Source: Octopus sinensis
Lineage: Eukaryota
Assembly (NCBI RefSeq): GCF_006345805.1
Contig: NW_021832120.1
Coordinates: 314,694 to 378,693 of the forward strand
Direction of reading: 5' to 3'
DNA length: 64,000 nt
In this document: in pieces, positions 49,290 through 60,834 of the stretch
How the letters are laid out: each line of letters opens with the position of its first letter
How positions within the stretch are numbered: the first letter of the stretch is position 1
Made by a program: the position numbers and the translations under genes
The notes under the pieces: generated by a model
The model's input: the letters and a program-made list of their open reading frames with translations, nothing else
Told to the model about the DNA's origin: nothing
Database searches by the model: none

Positions 49290-50520
49290 AAAATTCTGAA
49301 GGAAAACTTACTTTTTAAGACGCTAGAAAAAGAAAAAAATTACTTGTCAAAGTCTCAACCATTCGAAAAAGACCTATTTGAATAGTTTGTTAAAAAACGA
49401 TCATTTGGATTTACAATCTTGTAAAATCTATGTCTCTAAAAGCGACGAAAGTTTCTAATATTCAAGAATTTCAAGCATCAAATGGATGGTTTGAGAAATT
49501 TAAAAATTGATATTGCATTGCTTCTCGTGCTATATGTGAGGACAAATTAATTTGTTGAAACTTCTGTAATTGATTGACAATTTTGCAGAGAGCCTCAATA
49601 GAAAATTAGAACAATTTTGTTCAAAAAATATTTTTAATTTGGACGAAACTGGATTGTTTTTAATTTTTGTCGAACAGAAAATTAGCTGTTGACTTGGACA
49701 AAAATCTATCTAATAAACCGATAAAAGAACGAGTAACTGTTATGTTTTGCGTTAGTATGATGGGAGAAAAACTTGACTCATTTGTTATAGGAAAAGCCAA
49801 AAATCCACGCTGCTTTAAAGGAAGAGGAAATTTAATTAATAATTTAAATACAAATCAAATAAATAAGCATGGATGACATATGATTATTTCTCAGAATGGC
49901 TCATAGAATTGAACAAAAAAATTCTAATTTTACTTAATAATGTTACTGTACACTCACATGGTTTAGAGTTCAGTAACATCGAAATCTTATTTTCTCCCAA
50001 ATATAGCATCGAAATGATAACCCCTTGATCAAGGAATAATAAAATCATTCAAAGACAGATATAGACAACTCCTATGTGCCCAGTTGGTTGAATTTTATAC
50101 CAATGATAGAAATATAGATCACGAAAAAGTTACGGAAAAGTTGAAGAAATTCACTGTGGTGAATTGCTTGAAATTCATAAATCAAGCTTGGTTAGAAGTA
50201 TCTGAACTGAAAATTAAAAATTGTTTCAAGAAAGCATTTAAAAATGCGTTAATACAGAACCTGACAGAAATAGATGAAAGATGATGAAAATTGTTTGATT
50301 CGTGAAAATGATCAAATTGACGACGAAAACTTTATACAGAACTTTTCGAGAAAACTAAATCACCATGACGAAGTTGAAGAGGTAGATGAAAAAATTTATG
50401 TTCCGACACTGTATGAAGCTAGTGAATATGTGAAGGCGCTTGAATTATGGTTTTTTGAGAATAATTGTGAACAAAGAGGAAAAGTATACAAAATATAAAA
50501 AAAATTTAAAAATTATCAAA
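49290..50520 (+). mobile_element. pogo/Tigger transposase, degenerate
   Basis: FQASNGWFEKFK, IFNLDETGLF, KERVTVMFC, VIGKAKNPRCF; ends not resolved. Confidence 0.8.
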
Positions 50521-50559
50521 CTAATCAATTTAAAAAAATCACAAGAACATATCTAACAA

Positions 50560-50900
50560 ACTCAAAGAAAAGAAAAACAAACTGGTGTCAGTTCGCCAAT
50601 ACCCTCAACTACAAAACAAAAACACTCTTCAAAACAATAAACAGCATCGTTAACTCCAAAAATGGTCTACTTATTGGCAAAGAACATGCCAATCTGTTGA
50701 TGAAGCACTTCAAAAACATCAGCCACCGCACACGAGACTGCCACTCACACAGACCACGAGTACAAAAATACCCCCTTGAGCACAATTACAATTCATTCAC
50801 TCAAGAAGAAGCTTATTCCATTTGCAACTAACATATGAGTGTGAGACGGCATTTTCAACACTACCTACCATTAAATCAAAATTTCCAAATAGATAAGATG
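50560..50900 (+). mobile_element. LINE linker fragment fused to hAT dimerisation-domain fragment
   Basis: NWCQFANTLN...FKTIN then IPFAT-YECETAFST..IKSKF. Confidence 0.55.
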
Positions 50901-51065
50901 TGTCAAATAAAAAAATTAAAAATCATTTTAGTTTCAAACAATAATTTATTAAGTGTCATTTCTCATAGTAATCAAAACTAAACCATATCATATAATAAAT
51001 TTCTACTCAATGTCCAAAATAACCATTTATTTAAATAGAGAAAAATAAAGAAATTAATGTTAGTT

Positions 51066-51580
51066 TCAAATTCGATTTCCAATATCATCAATTTTCTCCG
51101 ACAAAAATTCTATAAACTGTACGATCATGTTGATCACATTTAGATCATTCGGTGTCAGATTCTCTTCGTTCAAAATATATTCGTCTAACCATTGGTCTAA
51201 TTCTTCAATTATATACATTATGTAGCAAATTTCATTTAATTCATTTTCAAGATAGTCATTATTCTCATTATTGTTCGGGGTTGGAATTCTTTTCACCATT
51301 TCTGTTTCTTTTAATTTGTTCCTATTTATAATAAAATTTAATGCGTGGAAAAGATTTTGTTTCAATCTAGCATTATTATTCATGAAATTACTATTGTGTT
51401 AAAAAATCCAGTTTTTACGATTTAAGTAAAAATCTTTTTTAATTTCGTCAAATTTTATTAAACGAGATATATTTTAATTCTTCAAAACTTTAATTTTGCA
51501 TATTTGAAATATTTCTGAGTTTTAATATGTCATTGGTTTCATTTATATTATGAGTAATTTATATTTAACGTTATTATGAC
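51066..51580 (-). other. Orphan acidic/Asn-rich coding sequence, copy A (105-aa open part 51066-51383)
   Basis: Aligns at protein level with copy B (53628-54150); no recognised family. Confidence 0.5.
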
Positions 51581-53229
51581 TCATTTTTTGTGCTAGTTTA
51601 TTAATTTTAATATTATACAATATAGAGACAATTTTTACAATATTTTATTAATACAAAGAAGCTAATTAACTAATTAATTGCCTAAAGTCCTGAGCCTTAG
51701 ACGTGAACATCAATTTTTACCATAAATTAGTATTTATTTGAGATTATAATCTGTTTAAAAAATTTACAAAATAACATAAAACTGAATTACAGCAGACCAC
51801 GATTAATTTGTAAAAATTACGTGAAGCAAGATATTGGTTTGGCTATCAGTTTGAAATAGAAGACAAAAATGACGCAATTTTGTTATAACATTCGAGAAAG
51901 AGTCAGCTTTAGAAAGAACGTGGGTTATATTTTATTAATTAAAACTAAAAAATTGACATATGTATTCCTTACTCTTCTGTGTTATTGATTCCTAACTTGT
52001 ATTACTACGATTTTTTAAGAATTACATTTGTGGACTTTATAATAGCTATTAATAAATTATAGGACAAGATTATAAGAGAAACTATAGAAAATTCCTTTAA
52101 ACATCCATTTTCTGATATTCAAAACAAAAAACCAAAAAATAAAACAAATAAACATTTATTATTTTTTACTAATCATTTATTAACAAAGGAGCAACATCTT
52201 AGCTAGACTTTATGCAAAGATATGAAAATAGTAAGGAATATTAATTATGTTTTTTGAAGTTGAACAGTTTAACAGAAATACGGGAGTAATTTCTTTTGGA
52301 AATTATGAATGTTATGTTTTGAAATATTATATTTTCTTTGTATCATAATTCTGATTAAAAAATAGACTACTGATTTTGATTGTTGGAGAATATCAATTCT
52401 AACATAAGTTTTAAAAATATTAAAATGCCCCCAGCTAATATAAATGATTTAAATCCATTATTAAACATTTTTTTAATTCTAATTTTTAGAGAAAAAGTCA
52501 AAAGTTAAAATTAATATTCCACATTTTACCACACTGTGTTTTGTTCTTGTGTGTCTGTTTTTTTGTTGTTAAATCTATCTTTTGATCCCTATTATATGTT
52601 TTTTTGAAAATTTTTTGAGAATATATTAAATAAATGCATTTTATTAAAAATTAAATACTTTGTTTATTTGTCTAATATTTTTACAGAAGAAATTAGTCAA
52701 ATTGATTTTCATTCTCGTATCAATGATTTAATTTTTATTTAAAATGCTTTCCTATTTATCAAATTAAAATTAGCTAAAGATAGTGAGAACCAGCACAACC
52801 TGCTTTATTATTTCATATACATGTATATCACTGGTTGGATGATTCCTTTTTAAAACCAAATGAAAATAACTTGAAAACTATTTAAAAATATCTTGATAAT
52901 AAAATTAAGTCCATTTATTCTATTTTGTATCACTTTCTTGATTGACCGCAAATCCCATATCAGAAATTTTTCCCAACTAATTACGAATTTTATTACATTC
53001 TAAATATTTTAGATTTCTTGCAATTCACAAAAGAAATTTTTTCTCAATTTCTTCATTTTATCTTTAATTGTGAAAAAATCAAAATTATTGTGTTTCTGTA
53101 TATCATTGATTTCTTTATCTGCTAGAAAATTGGTCAACGAACAAAAATACCAAATATTTTTTTTGATTTGATAATTAAGTGATCACAAACTCATTAAGGA
53201 AAACTTGATTCTAACTAAATTACATTTTT

Positions 53230-53570
53230 CACTGCTATAACTCTAGTATGAAAATATCTTAGAACTTTAAGACAGCTTTATTCCATTTTAGGACTATTGG
53301 AAAAATCTTTACTTCTCATTTGCAAGAAGATAGTATTTGTGTTATTTCCCAACCAAAACTTGTTATAACAGTTCTTGTGGAAAAAATGCGAACTTCGATT
53401 AAAATTATTTCATTCTTCTGTCTTGTCGTAAACAAAAATATTGAGGTTTATAGAAATAGATTCTTGTTTTAAGTGTCAACTTTGATTTTGGAATTTTGGG
53501 TCGACATTATAGACACATCCGAATGTCTTTTCAGTTTACTGCTTGATCATCCATACGTTTATCATGACCG
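53230..53570 (-). mobile_element. R4/Dong-like RLE remnant
   Basis: KLKRHS..SIMSTQN, KPQYF, KYYLLANE; heavily decayed. Confidence 0.55.
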
Positions 53571-53627
53571 AATGTAGGAAATTGAAATTTATTTTAATAA
53601 GAAAAAAATAAAAGAAATAAATGATAG

Positions 53628-54150
53628 CTAATTATTGTTTCTGTTTCTGAATCGATTTCTAATAACATCACTTCGCTCCGACAAAAATTGTATAAACTGT
53701 TCAATTATGTTGATCACATTTATATCATTCATTGTCAGCTCCTCTTCGTTTAGCCATTGGTTTAACTCTTCAAGTGTAGATATGATGTTGATAATTTCAA
53801 CTAATTCATTCTCAAAATTGTCGTTGTTCTCATGATTTTCCGGGGTTGGAATTCTTTTAACCATTTCTGCTTTTTTTCATTTTTTGCTATTTATAATAAT
53901 ATTCAACGCGTGAGAAGATTTTGTTTCAATCTAACATTTTTGTTAATAGTATCACTTTATTTTAAAAATATCAAAATTTTATACTGAAGTAAATTTTTTC
54001 AATTTCCTAAGTTTTATTAAACAAAATATTTTTTAATTGTTCAAAACTTTTGTTTTGTACATTAGATATATTTTTATGAATTGTAATTTGTCATTAATTT
54101 TATACATATCATGAGTAATTTATATTTAACATTGTTGTGACTCATTAGTT
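53628..54150 (-). other. Orphan coding sequence, copy B
   Basis: MVKRIPTP...FLSE homologous to copy A; upstream frame broken. Confidence 0.5.
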
Positions 54151-54262
54151 TATTAATTTGTAACTTAACCCCAAAGCGGCACTCAAATTGAGAAATTAAG
54201 TCGCAAATTATTGTTATATTTTTCATACGACGCGCTTTCCTTATTTTCATAGAGCACAAGAA

Positions 54263-54650
54263 ATGCAAATTTTACCATTTGAAGAGGGGAAACCCCTAGT
54301 CTGGGACGCAACCTGTGTGGACACTCTCTGCCCGTCCAACATTGCCGGGAGCGCAGTGGACAGACTGTATGCCGCGGAAAAAACGATGAGGGCAAAGGAG
54401 AGAAAATATGAAACGCTGCGAGACCGATTCCTGTTCTGTCCGATTGTGGTCAAGACAACTGGAGGAATAAGTGGGAAATAGCTTCGCTTCCTAAAGAAGC
54501 TTGGACGCTTAGCCAGATTAAAAAGCCACGACACACGTGAGACCCGATGGCTTCTCCAGTTGATCCCCGTTGCTATCGTGAGAGGCAACGCAACGTCAAT
54601 TATGTTGCAATCTATGAAGATTTTCCCAGTCATCCAAGCAGGCTGGGAGC
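54263..54650 (+). mobile_element. CRE-like 3' end
   Basis: GKPLVWDATCVDT, KERKYETL, FCPIVVKTTG, VAIVRGNA. Confidence 0.85.
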
Positions 54651-54699
54651 TATAAAATTTGTGGCCAATTTGAGAGGGTTGAGTGTATTTTAATACCTC

Positions 54700-56259
54700 T
54701 TTTAGAGTTAATATCTTATTAGTGGAAATGTTCCCTCAATCAATGAAATAAGACCAGCTCTAGGAAAGGGACTAAAAGAGCGAACAGACGTTTTGAAAAA
54801 GTCCGGCGACCTTAAATAGAACAATATTAGAAAATTATGGCTAGTTTTATTAAACAAAGTCAAATAGCAGGAAGCGCGAATCCATCGTAGGCACTGGTAG
54901 TCCAAATAGAAGAAATATCCGGGAAAACAATCTCCTCTGCCTGCACAGCGCTCGATTCGAGGTTTCCTGGCTGAGGCATTGATTCCGACTCGGAAACAGC
55001 ACGATATCTAAACCTCCTGGGAAAGTAATCACATCATTGAACTCTCCATGCGGTACCTCTGGCTGTGGCGTTCAATCAGCACATTGAAACGCTGAGCATA
55101 CTCCATCCACTCCCGCACGTCCGAAAGAGCCACTTTGAACTCTAATCAACTTAAACAAGAACAAACTTTCCGTGGCCATTTTTTCCGCACATTTGGCTTC
55201 CGCTGGTTTTTCCTGACTCAGCAAATCAATTGTGAAATACGAAGAAGCCTACACGACTAACCAAAGAGGAATACAAACATGACGGAAGGTCTTGTCGAAG
55301 GATTTTGCGATGTCAATCGAAGCCAGAATTGTTCGAAGTGGTGGTTTGTTGTTAAAACCATCCGCAATGAAGTCCGTTAGTTTTGTTAGGTGCGTAGAGG
55401 TGGAGTGAGATGGGCGGAAACCATGTTGGGATCTAAGAGATGGGCCGAAAAGAACCTGGGTCTCGAGAATCCTTGTTCGGCTTGAGTGTTGGGATTATAG
55501 TTGATTGTTTCCATAACATGGGGATATATCCAACGTTCAATGAAGTTTGAAAGATGTCCGTGATGGCTCAAAGTCCATTCGGCCCAATGATGAATGCATA
55601 TTCCGTCTGGGCCTTTCTCTGGCGAATTCTTGGCATTCAAGATTAGGGCACGTATGTCCACCAGTCTATCTTAATCGGAGAGACATTTGGTGACGGAGGG
55701 GGATTCAATATATGTACAAGATTTGATCTGTCGATGTTGATATGGCATTTGTTTTGTAGAATGTGGTCAGTATTATCCCGTTAATACTTGATAATCTGGA
55801 GCCCGAGTTGGAGTCCTGGACGTCATTCCTCTTTATTGTACGTCTCTCTTTTATGAGATCAATGATCTCCTTTGTGAAAAGTGGTTTTCCCCACGGATGA
55901 ATCCTTTAGGAACGTATTCTTTAGGAAAGTAATTGGTAGTGAAGGGAATGATGAGGGTGATGAGACCTCCTCCATTCAGTCCGTTAGGGCGGTCCATACA
56001 AACAGTTGAAAATTCCTTGAATCGAGGGGTAGGACGTCAGGCGGGTTTCCTGTATTAAGGCCATGTCCATGAGAGGATAAGAATTCCATTATCTCATCTT
56101 GTTTACGGGAGATCCCATTAATGTTTATTTGTAGAATGGTGAGGCAGTTCGAAGGTACCAAATTGGGTTCAATATCGCTGGGGAGGGCAAGTGACTCATG
56201 GAAGAAGTTGAGGGCTACTTCGAAGACAGCCAGAAGATCCAAGGGATCCAATGGGGAGA
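54700..56259 (-). mobile_element. APE-RT LINE (I/Jockey-like), heavily deleted
   Basis: ILQININGI (APE start), GPDGICIHH, IDIAKSFD, GSSAWSSM-like RT remnants. Confidence 0.7.
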
Positions 56260-56267
56260 GTATAGAG

Positions 56268-57851
56268 CAGGGGTGTCAAACATGCGGCTCGCGGGCCGCA
56301 TATGGCCCTCGAAAGACATAGGTGCGGCCCTCAGCGTACTTTACCAAACATAAGTGCGGTCTGATTTAATGGCTATAAAATGCAAAAAATTATTTTTTAT
56401 TTTTTTACATTTAATTAAAATTTTTAATTGTATTTTTAAATCGTCTTTGTTAATGTCACGTGCTTCTTCTGGAATAAAATAGAAACGCTCCTTGAAAGAT
56501 GAACGGAGGGTGTTTCAAGATAAATGGGAACTTCTCTATTTTTGCACAATGGTTGATGGAAAAATACATTGCTTTATATGTAACACGAACATTGAACACG
56601 AGACTAAAAAATTGCAATCTTTGCAACTTTAGCTTTCTCGGCAAAGACATTGGCTTCTTCTCGAAGATCATTCTGGAAGCAAGAGCAATGGCTATTCCTA
56701 AACGTCCACCTCTCGCTGCTTGTAGTCGAAGGATATCCGGTCTGGCCAAGGAGAGAAATCGCCTCAAAAGGTCAAACCGGATGTCTTCTGACATAATTAC
56801 CCGCATCCGACACTTAAACAAGGACTGAAGTCCAATGAACTCAGACACACCTATTTGAAATGGAATCGAATTCTTTCTACCGTGAACCGCAATCGTTCAA
56901 CGGTGAAGTGTGGAAAGCCATTCGGCACGTGGTCAGGGGGGACGCTCCCGAACCTTTCGAAGATTTTGATAAAAATGACGTGAACAGCCTCATGAATTTC
57001 TATGCGAAAAATGCACATAAAGATCACAGGAAATCCGACTCACTCTCCTCCAACAGAAGCCTAAAAAAACGGGCTGAACCGCTCCTCCTCTCGGTAAAGG
57101 AGGTGGAAGATACCTTGCACTCAACAAAACCTTTTTACTCTCACGGCCCGGACAAAATCCCGGTGATCCTATTAAAAAACCTCGGCGTCGAAGGTGTCAG
57201 ATTTCTAACAGCAATCTTCAACCATTCTATTAACAAAAACGTAATTCCGGCTTTATGGAAACAGGCCTTAATAAGGCCGATACTGAAGCCTGGAAGACCA
57301 AGAGGGGACTCGCTTGATGAGGTCTATCCCGGGTCATCATTTGCTCATTTTCATTGTATTATTCATCAGCAATATTTGTGCTCAAAGATATTAAAAATGG
57401 AATCGGTGTTAAAGGAATTTCGTGAAAGATTTAATGATTTTTCGTCTTTTGAACAACAATTTTCACTATTCGCATCACCATTCTCTTTTAATGTTTCTAA
57501 TGCAGATGAAAGTTTACAAATGGAACTAATCCACTCAGATTCTGTACTTAAAGCTAAATATTTGGAGGTTAGAATACCTGCTTTCTTTTCATATCTTCCT
57601 GGAAAGTTTAAAAACTTAAAAAGTTGTCAATCCTCTGGAAGCAACTCTCACCAAAATTAAAAAGCGATAATTGAATAATTTAGTAACTAAATTATTAACT
57701 AAAACTAAATTTTAGTTTCTTTTATTTTGGTTATTCATCATAATAAATATCAGAACTAATCTTCCTTAATGAGAAATTATATAAATGCGGCCCTCGAAGC
57801 AAAATTGTTACAAAATGCGGCCCTCAAAGCGAAATGAGTTTGACACCCCTG
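56268..57851 (+). mobile_element. hAT of the 23576-25227 family carrying an internal LINE fragment (~56585-57308)
   Basis: TIR CAGGGGTGTCAAAC both ends; perfect TSD GTATAGAG (56260-56267, 57852-57859); chimeric ORF 56860-57660. Confidence 0.92.
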
Positions 57852-57859
57852 GTATAGAG

Positions 57860-58690
57860 GGTCTTTTTGGAAAACAGAATAAGCAAGTAGAATTTGTTGA
57901 CATATTTAAGATATCAGGATTTGTGTGATCACCTGACAGTGATGAATGGGAAGTACGAAAGAGAACTGACTCAGCAGATCTCGGAAAAGAAATACATCAC
58001 GGAATATCTTAAAATGAATTTGCAAGGAAAGGGTTTGGAGTCGATGATCTAAAAAGGCCTTGAAATCTACGAAGTGAACACCAAATTGTCAGCGCTGAAA
58101 GAAAAGGAGAGACAGGCATTTTAAGGACAGCTGAGGCAGCTCAGACAAGAGTGTCGAAAATATAACATTGGGTACTGTGGCCGAGTGTATCTTAAGCCGG
58201 AAAATTGGCTTTGCTTGAGAACTTTAAAATCCAAAAGGAGGAAATTCTTGACAAAATGAGCAAACTAGAAAACGACATTCAGGAAAACGAGTTCAAGAGA
58301 AAGGAGGAGTTGTGCGAGAAAGTGTACGAGTTCTTGAATATGGTATTAATATTTTAATTTTTGTACAAAAGGAATATAATTCAGAGGAATACCAAATCGG
58401 CAAAGAGGAATTGAGTCATCTTTTGCTGTCACTGCTGTCTTTCAAGTACTCCATGGGAGTCTTTGACAGTCAGACCGAGAAACTTTATAAACAACTGCAA
58501 TCACTGGAAGAGACGAAGGAGTAGTTCTGCATGTTCAAAATAGACTAACCCAGCATCAAATCGAAAAAAACTTTCATTACCGAATTGGAGATCCTGGAAT
58601 GGTCCCGCCGAAAGACAGAATACTGACGAAAAGTATTGAAAAACAGAAATCGCAATTGCTGGGGAACAATCGAGTCTACACAAAATACTT
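57860..58690 (+). pseudogene. CFAP157: Coiled-coil ciliary protein pseudogene fragment, CFAP157-like
   Basis: YQDLCDHL...KKYITEYLK...GLEIYEVNTKL..KEKERQAF*GQL and ENITLAGKLALLENFKIQKEE resemble CFAP157 from memory; 24-29 nt introns, stops, small deletion. Confidence 0.6.
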
Positions 58691-58699
58691 GGTGAACAA

Positions 58700-59150
58700 A
58701 ATAGCAGAAAATCACAGTATCTGGGAAACCTGAAATTCGCCCCATCTCCATTTTTTCAGACTTGAATCTCCCACGTACTCCTAATTGGCCATCACCACAT
58801 GTAGACGCTCTAAGCAGACGACTGGCATAACTAAAATACAGCAAACCCACGTTAATTCAGAGTGTAGCCATTCCTGTGGCCTTTTCGGGTTACAATATGG
58901 TTGGGATAGCACAGACTGGGTCGGGGAAGACATTGGCTGTTTCATTCCCTCGGTGACTTTCTTTAGTATTTGATTCCCCCCATGGATCATATTGCTAGCA
59001 TGTCCCCTGTACGGAGAGGCGACGGTCCAATCGTTGTGTAGTATTTCAAGGTTCTAGTGTTGGTGCCGACCACGGAATTAGCTCAGCAAGTGAAGTGCAG
59101 GCTTACTAAAACATTTGGTTTGTTTCTGGAATTAGTTTCCCTCAAAATTT
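58700..59150 (+). pseudogene. DDX5: DDX5/DDX17 DEAD-box helicase N-terminal pseudogene fragment
   Basis: KITVSG, PTLIQ, MVGIAQTGSGKTLA-YLIP, RGDGPI-VLVLVPTTELAQQV; TAA stop; introns of 30, 28 and 18 nt; truncated after motif Ia. Confidence 0.85.
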
Positions 59151-59859
59151 CAATTTAGTTCTAATTATAGTTTATATTGGCTACAAGGTGAAGATTCGAG
59201 CCGTATCTATGTCTGGACGATCGTGATTACAAAAAAATTAGAGAACATGCGTCTAGAATACAAACTCTTAGCTACGTCGGCAAATAACGTAACAAGTATT
59301 TCAATTAATGTTGGGGCAATCAATAAACAACTAAATAGAGGAAGTAGCCACCACGAGACATCAATGAAACCTCTCGAGGACACGGACGCTGTATTCCATC
59401 CCATAAGTCAGGCAAAAGAAGGTGGATCGGAAGCGAAAGGGAGGAAGCTGAAACCAATATTATCTGGATAAGATATTCTTAACGGTATTGGTAACTATAA
59501 CGATCAAATTGTCAAATAGTGTTACTGATTGAGAAGTTGACTATCCAGACGACTCAGTTTCCCTACTGCAATACGAATAGGTAAGTGTCGGAACATGACG
59601 GGTCAACGGTTTGTTTGTTCATAAAAGAACAATCTTAATTATTGGATAGACTAAATTTGGTTTGTTTGTCTAACTAAACTATAATTTAAAAATAGTTTAA
59701 CAATTATCGAACAAAGAATTAAACTAAGATTAACTTTCTTTTTCAATAATACATAGATGCTCATTAGCCACAGGAACGTTTATTTTCATACTCTTCTTCT
59801 CGCTATTTTTAATACATTTTAATTGGATATCCGAATAATATTGGTCTATTAAACTAATT

Positions 59860-60190
59860 AATTGCTCTGTTTAAGTTGATTCTGTACTTAAAAGAAGTCA
59901 AAATGAGTCCGAATATATTTCCTAGTCCAACTTTTATAGATAATTCCCAATTCACTGCTAACAGATCATATTTATGCATTTTTTCAACTTTGAACTCTTT
60001 CAAGCGGCTTTCCGAAGTTATTCTTATCTCGTTAAGCGCGATCTTATACGAGTTGTCCAAATGGCTCAATTGCCTTGCTGAGGAAGAATCTTTCCTGCAT
60101 TGTTTTTTCGTTTTACAATACATGCTCCCATCAACTTGGACAACTTTGCCAATTCCACTTATACAATCTAATAATACCAGTGTGTTCAGA
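59860..60190 (-). mobile_element. R4/Dong-like RLE fragment
   Basis: QYCKTKKQC, EIRITSESRLKEFKVEKMHKYDLLA. Confidence 0.7.
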
Positions 60191-60194
60191 AAAT

Positions 60195-60620
60195 TAACTA
60201 AATAATCAGCAAAAACCTCACACTGGGAGTAAGACTAATTAAAAATCCTGTAATTACCCATTCCAATTGCCGCCGACACCATAAAATTGTGTGTCTGTTA
60301 AAGCTCCACATATACATAAAACGAATACATGATTGTAAGAAAACTGTCGTGGCTGCGAGCCACTTACCTAAAAATAAAGTACTCTATTATTATACTGTTT
60401 CTAAGAGAAGTATAAGTTCGGCACTCGCTTTTATCGCACACTCATGTTGTATTCTCCCGCTGATAGAAAATGGTCATCAAATGTTTTTTAAGGCACTTCT
60501 TTTCTTTCACAAAGATTCCAATCTCTTGAATAAATGGAACTAACTCTATTTCAGAACGTGAATATTCGTAGTCCTTCAGCTTTAATATTTTGCATAACAA
60601 CTGTATCACTTATCCTTACA
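60195..60620 (-). mobile_element. Second, degenerate Merlin transposase (N-terminal part) with 28-nt intron
   Basis: PFIQEIGIF...KCLKKHLM...VCDKSECR...SLRN|SKWL...MYMWSFNRHT aligns to the intact Merlin; intron 60368-60395. Confidence 0.65.
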
Positions 60621-60834
60621 ACAACAAAGGCACCGCAAAACCAAAGGCCTGGAAGTTACTGAGGTTTCGTTTGCACCAGCAACACAAAGAGAACTTTTAA
60701 TGAAAGATCAAAGAAGTTAATTATTCTAACTAATCCGGAATATTCGAGTTGAAACTGAATTGCTAAATACTGGAATTTAAAAATGGAAATATAGCATTTT
60801 TTATGTTTGAGGAAGTGATATTGTTTGAAAAAAA

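Noticed and set aside
59223-59471. 82-aa ORF after the DDX5 fragment as a helicase continuation
   Set aside because: No DEAD-box motifs; identity unknown.
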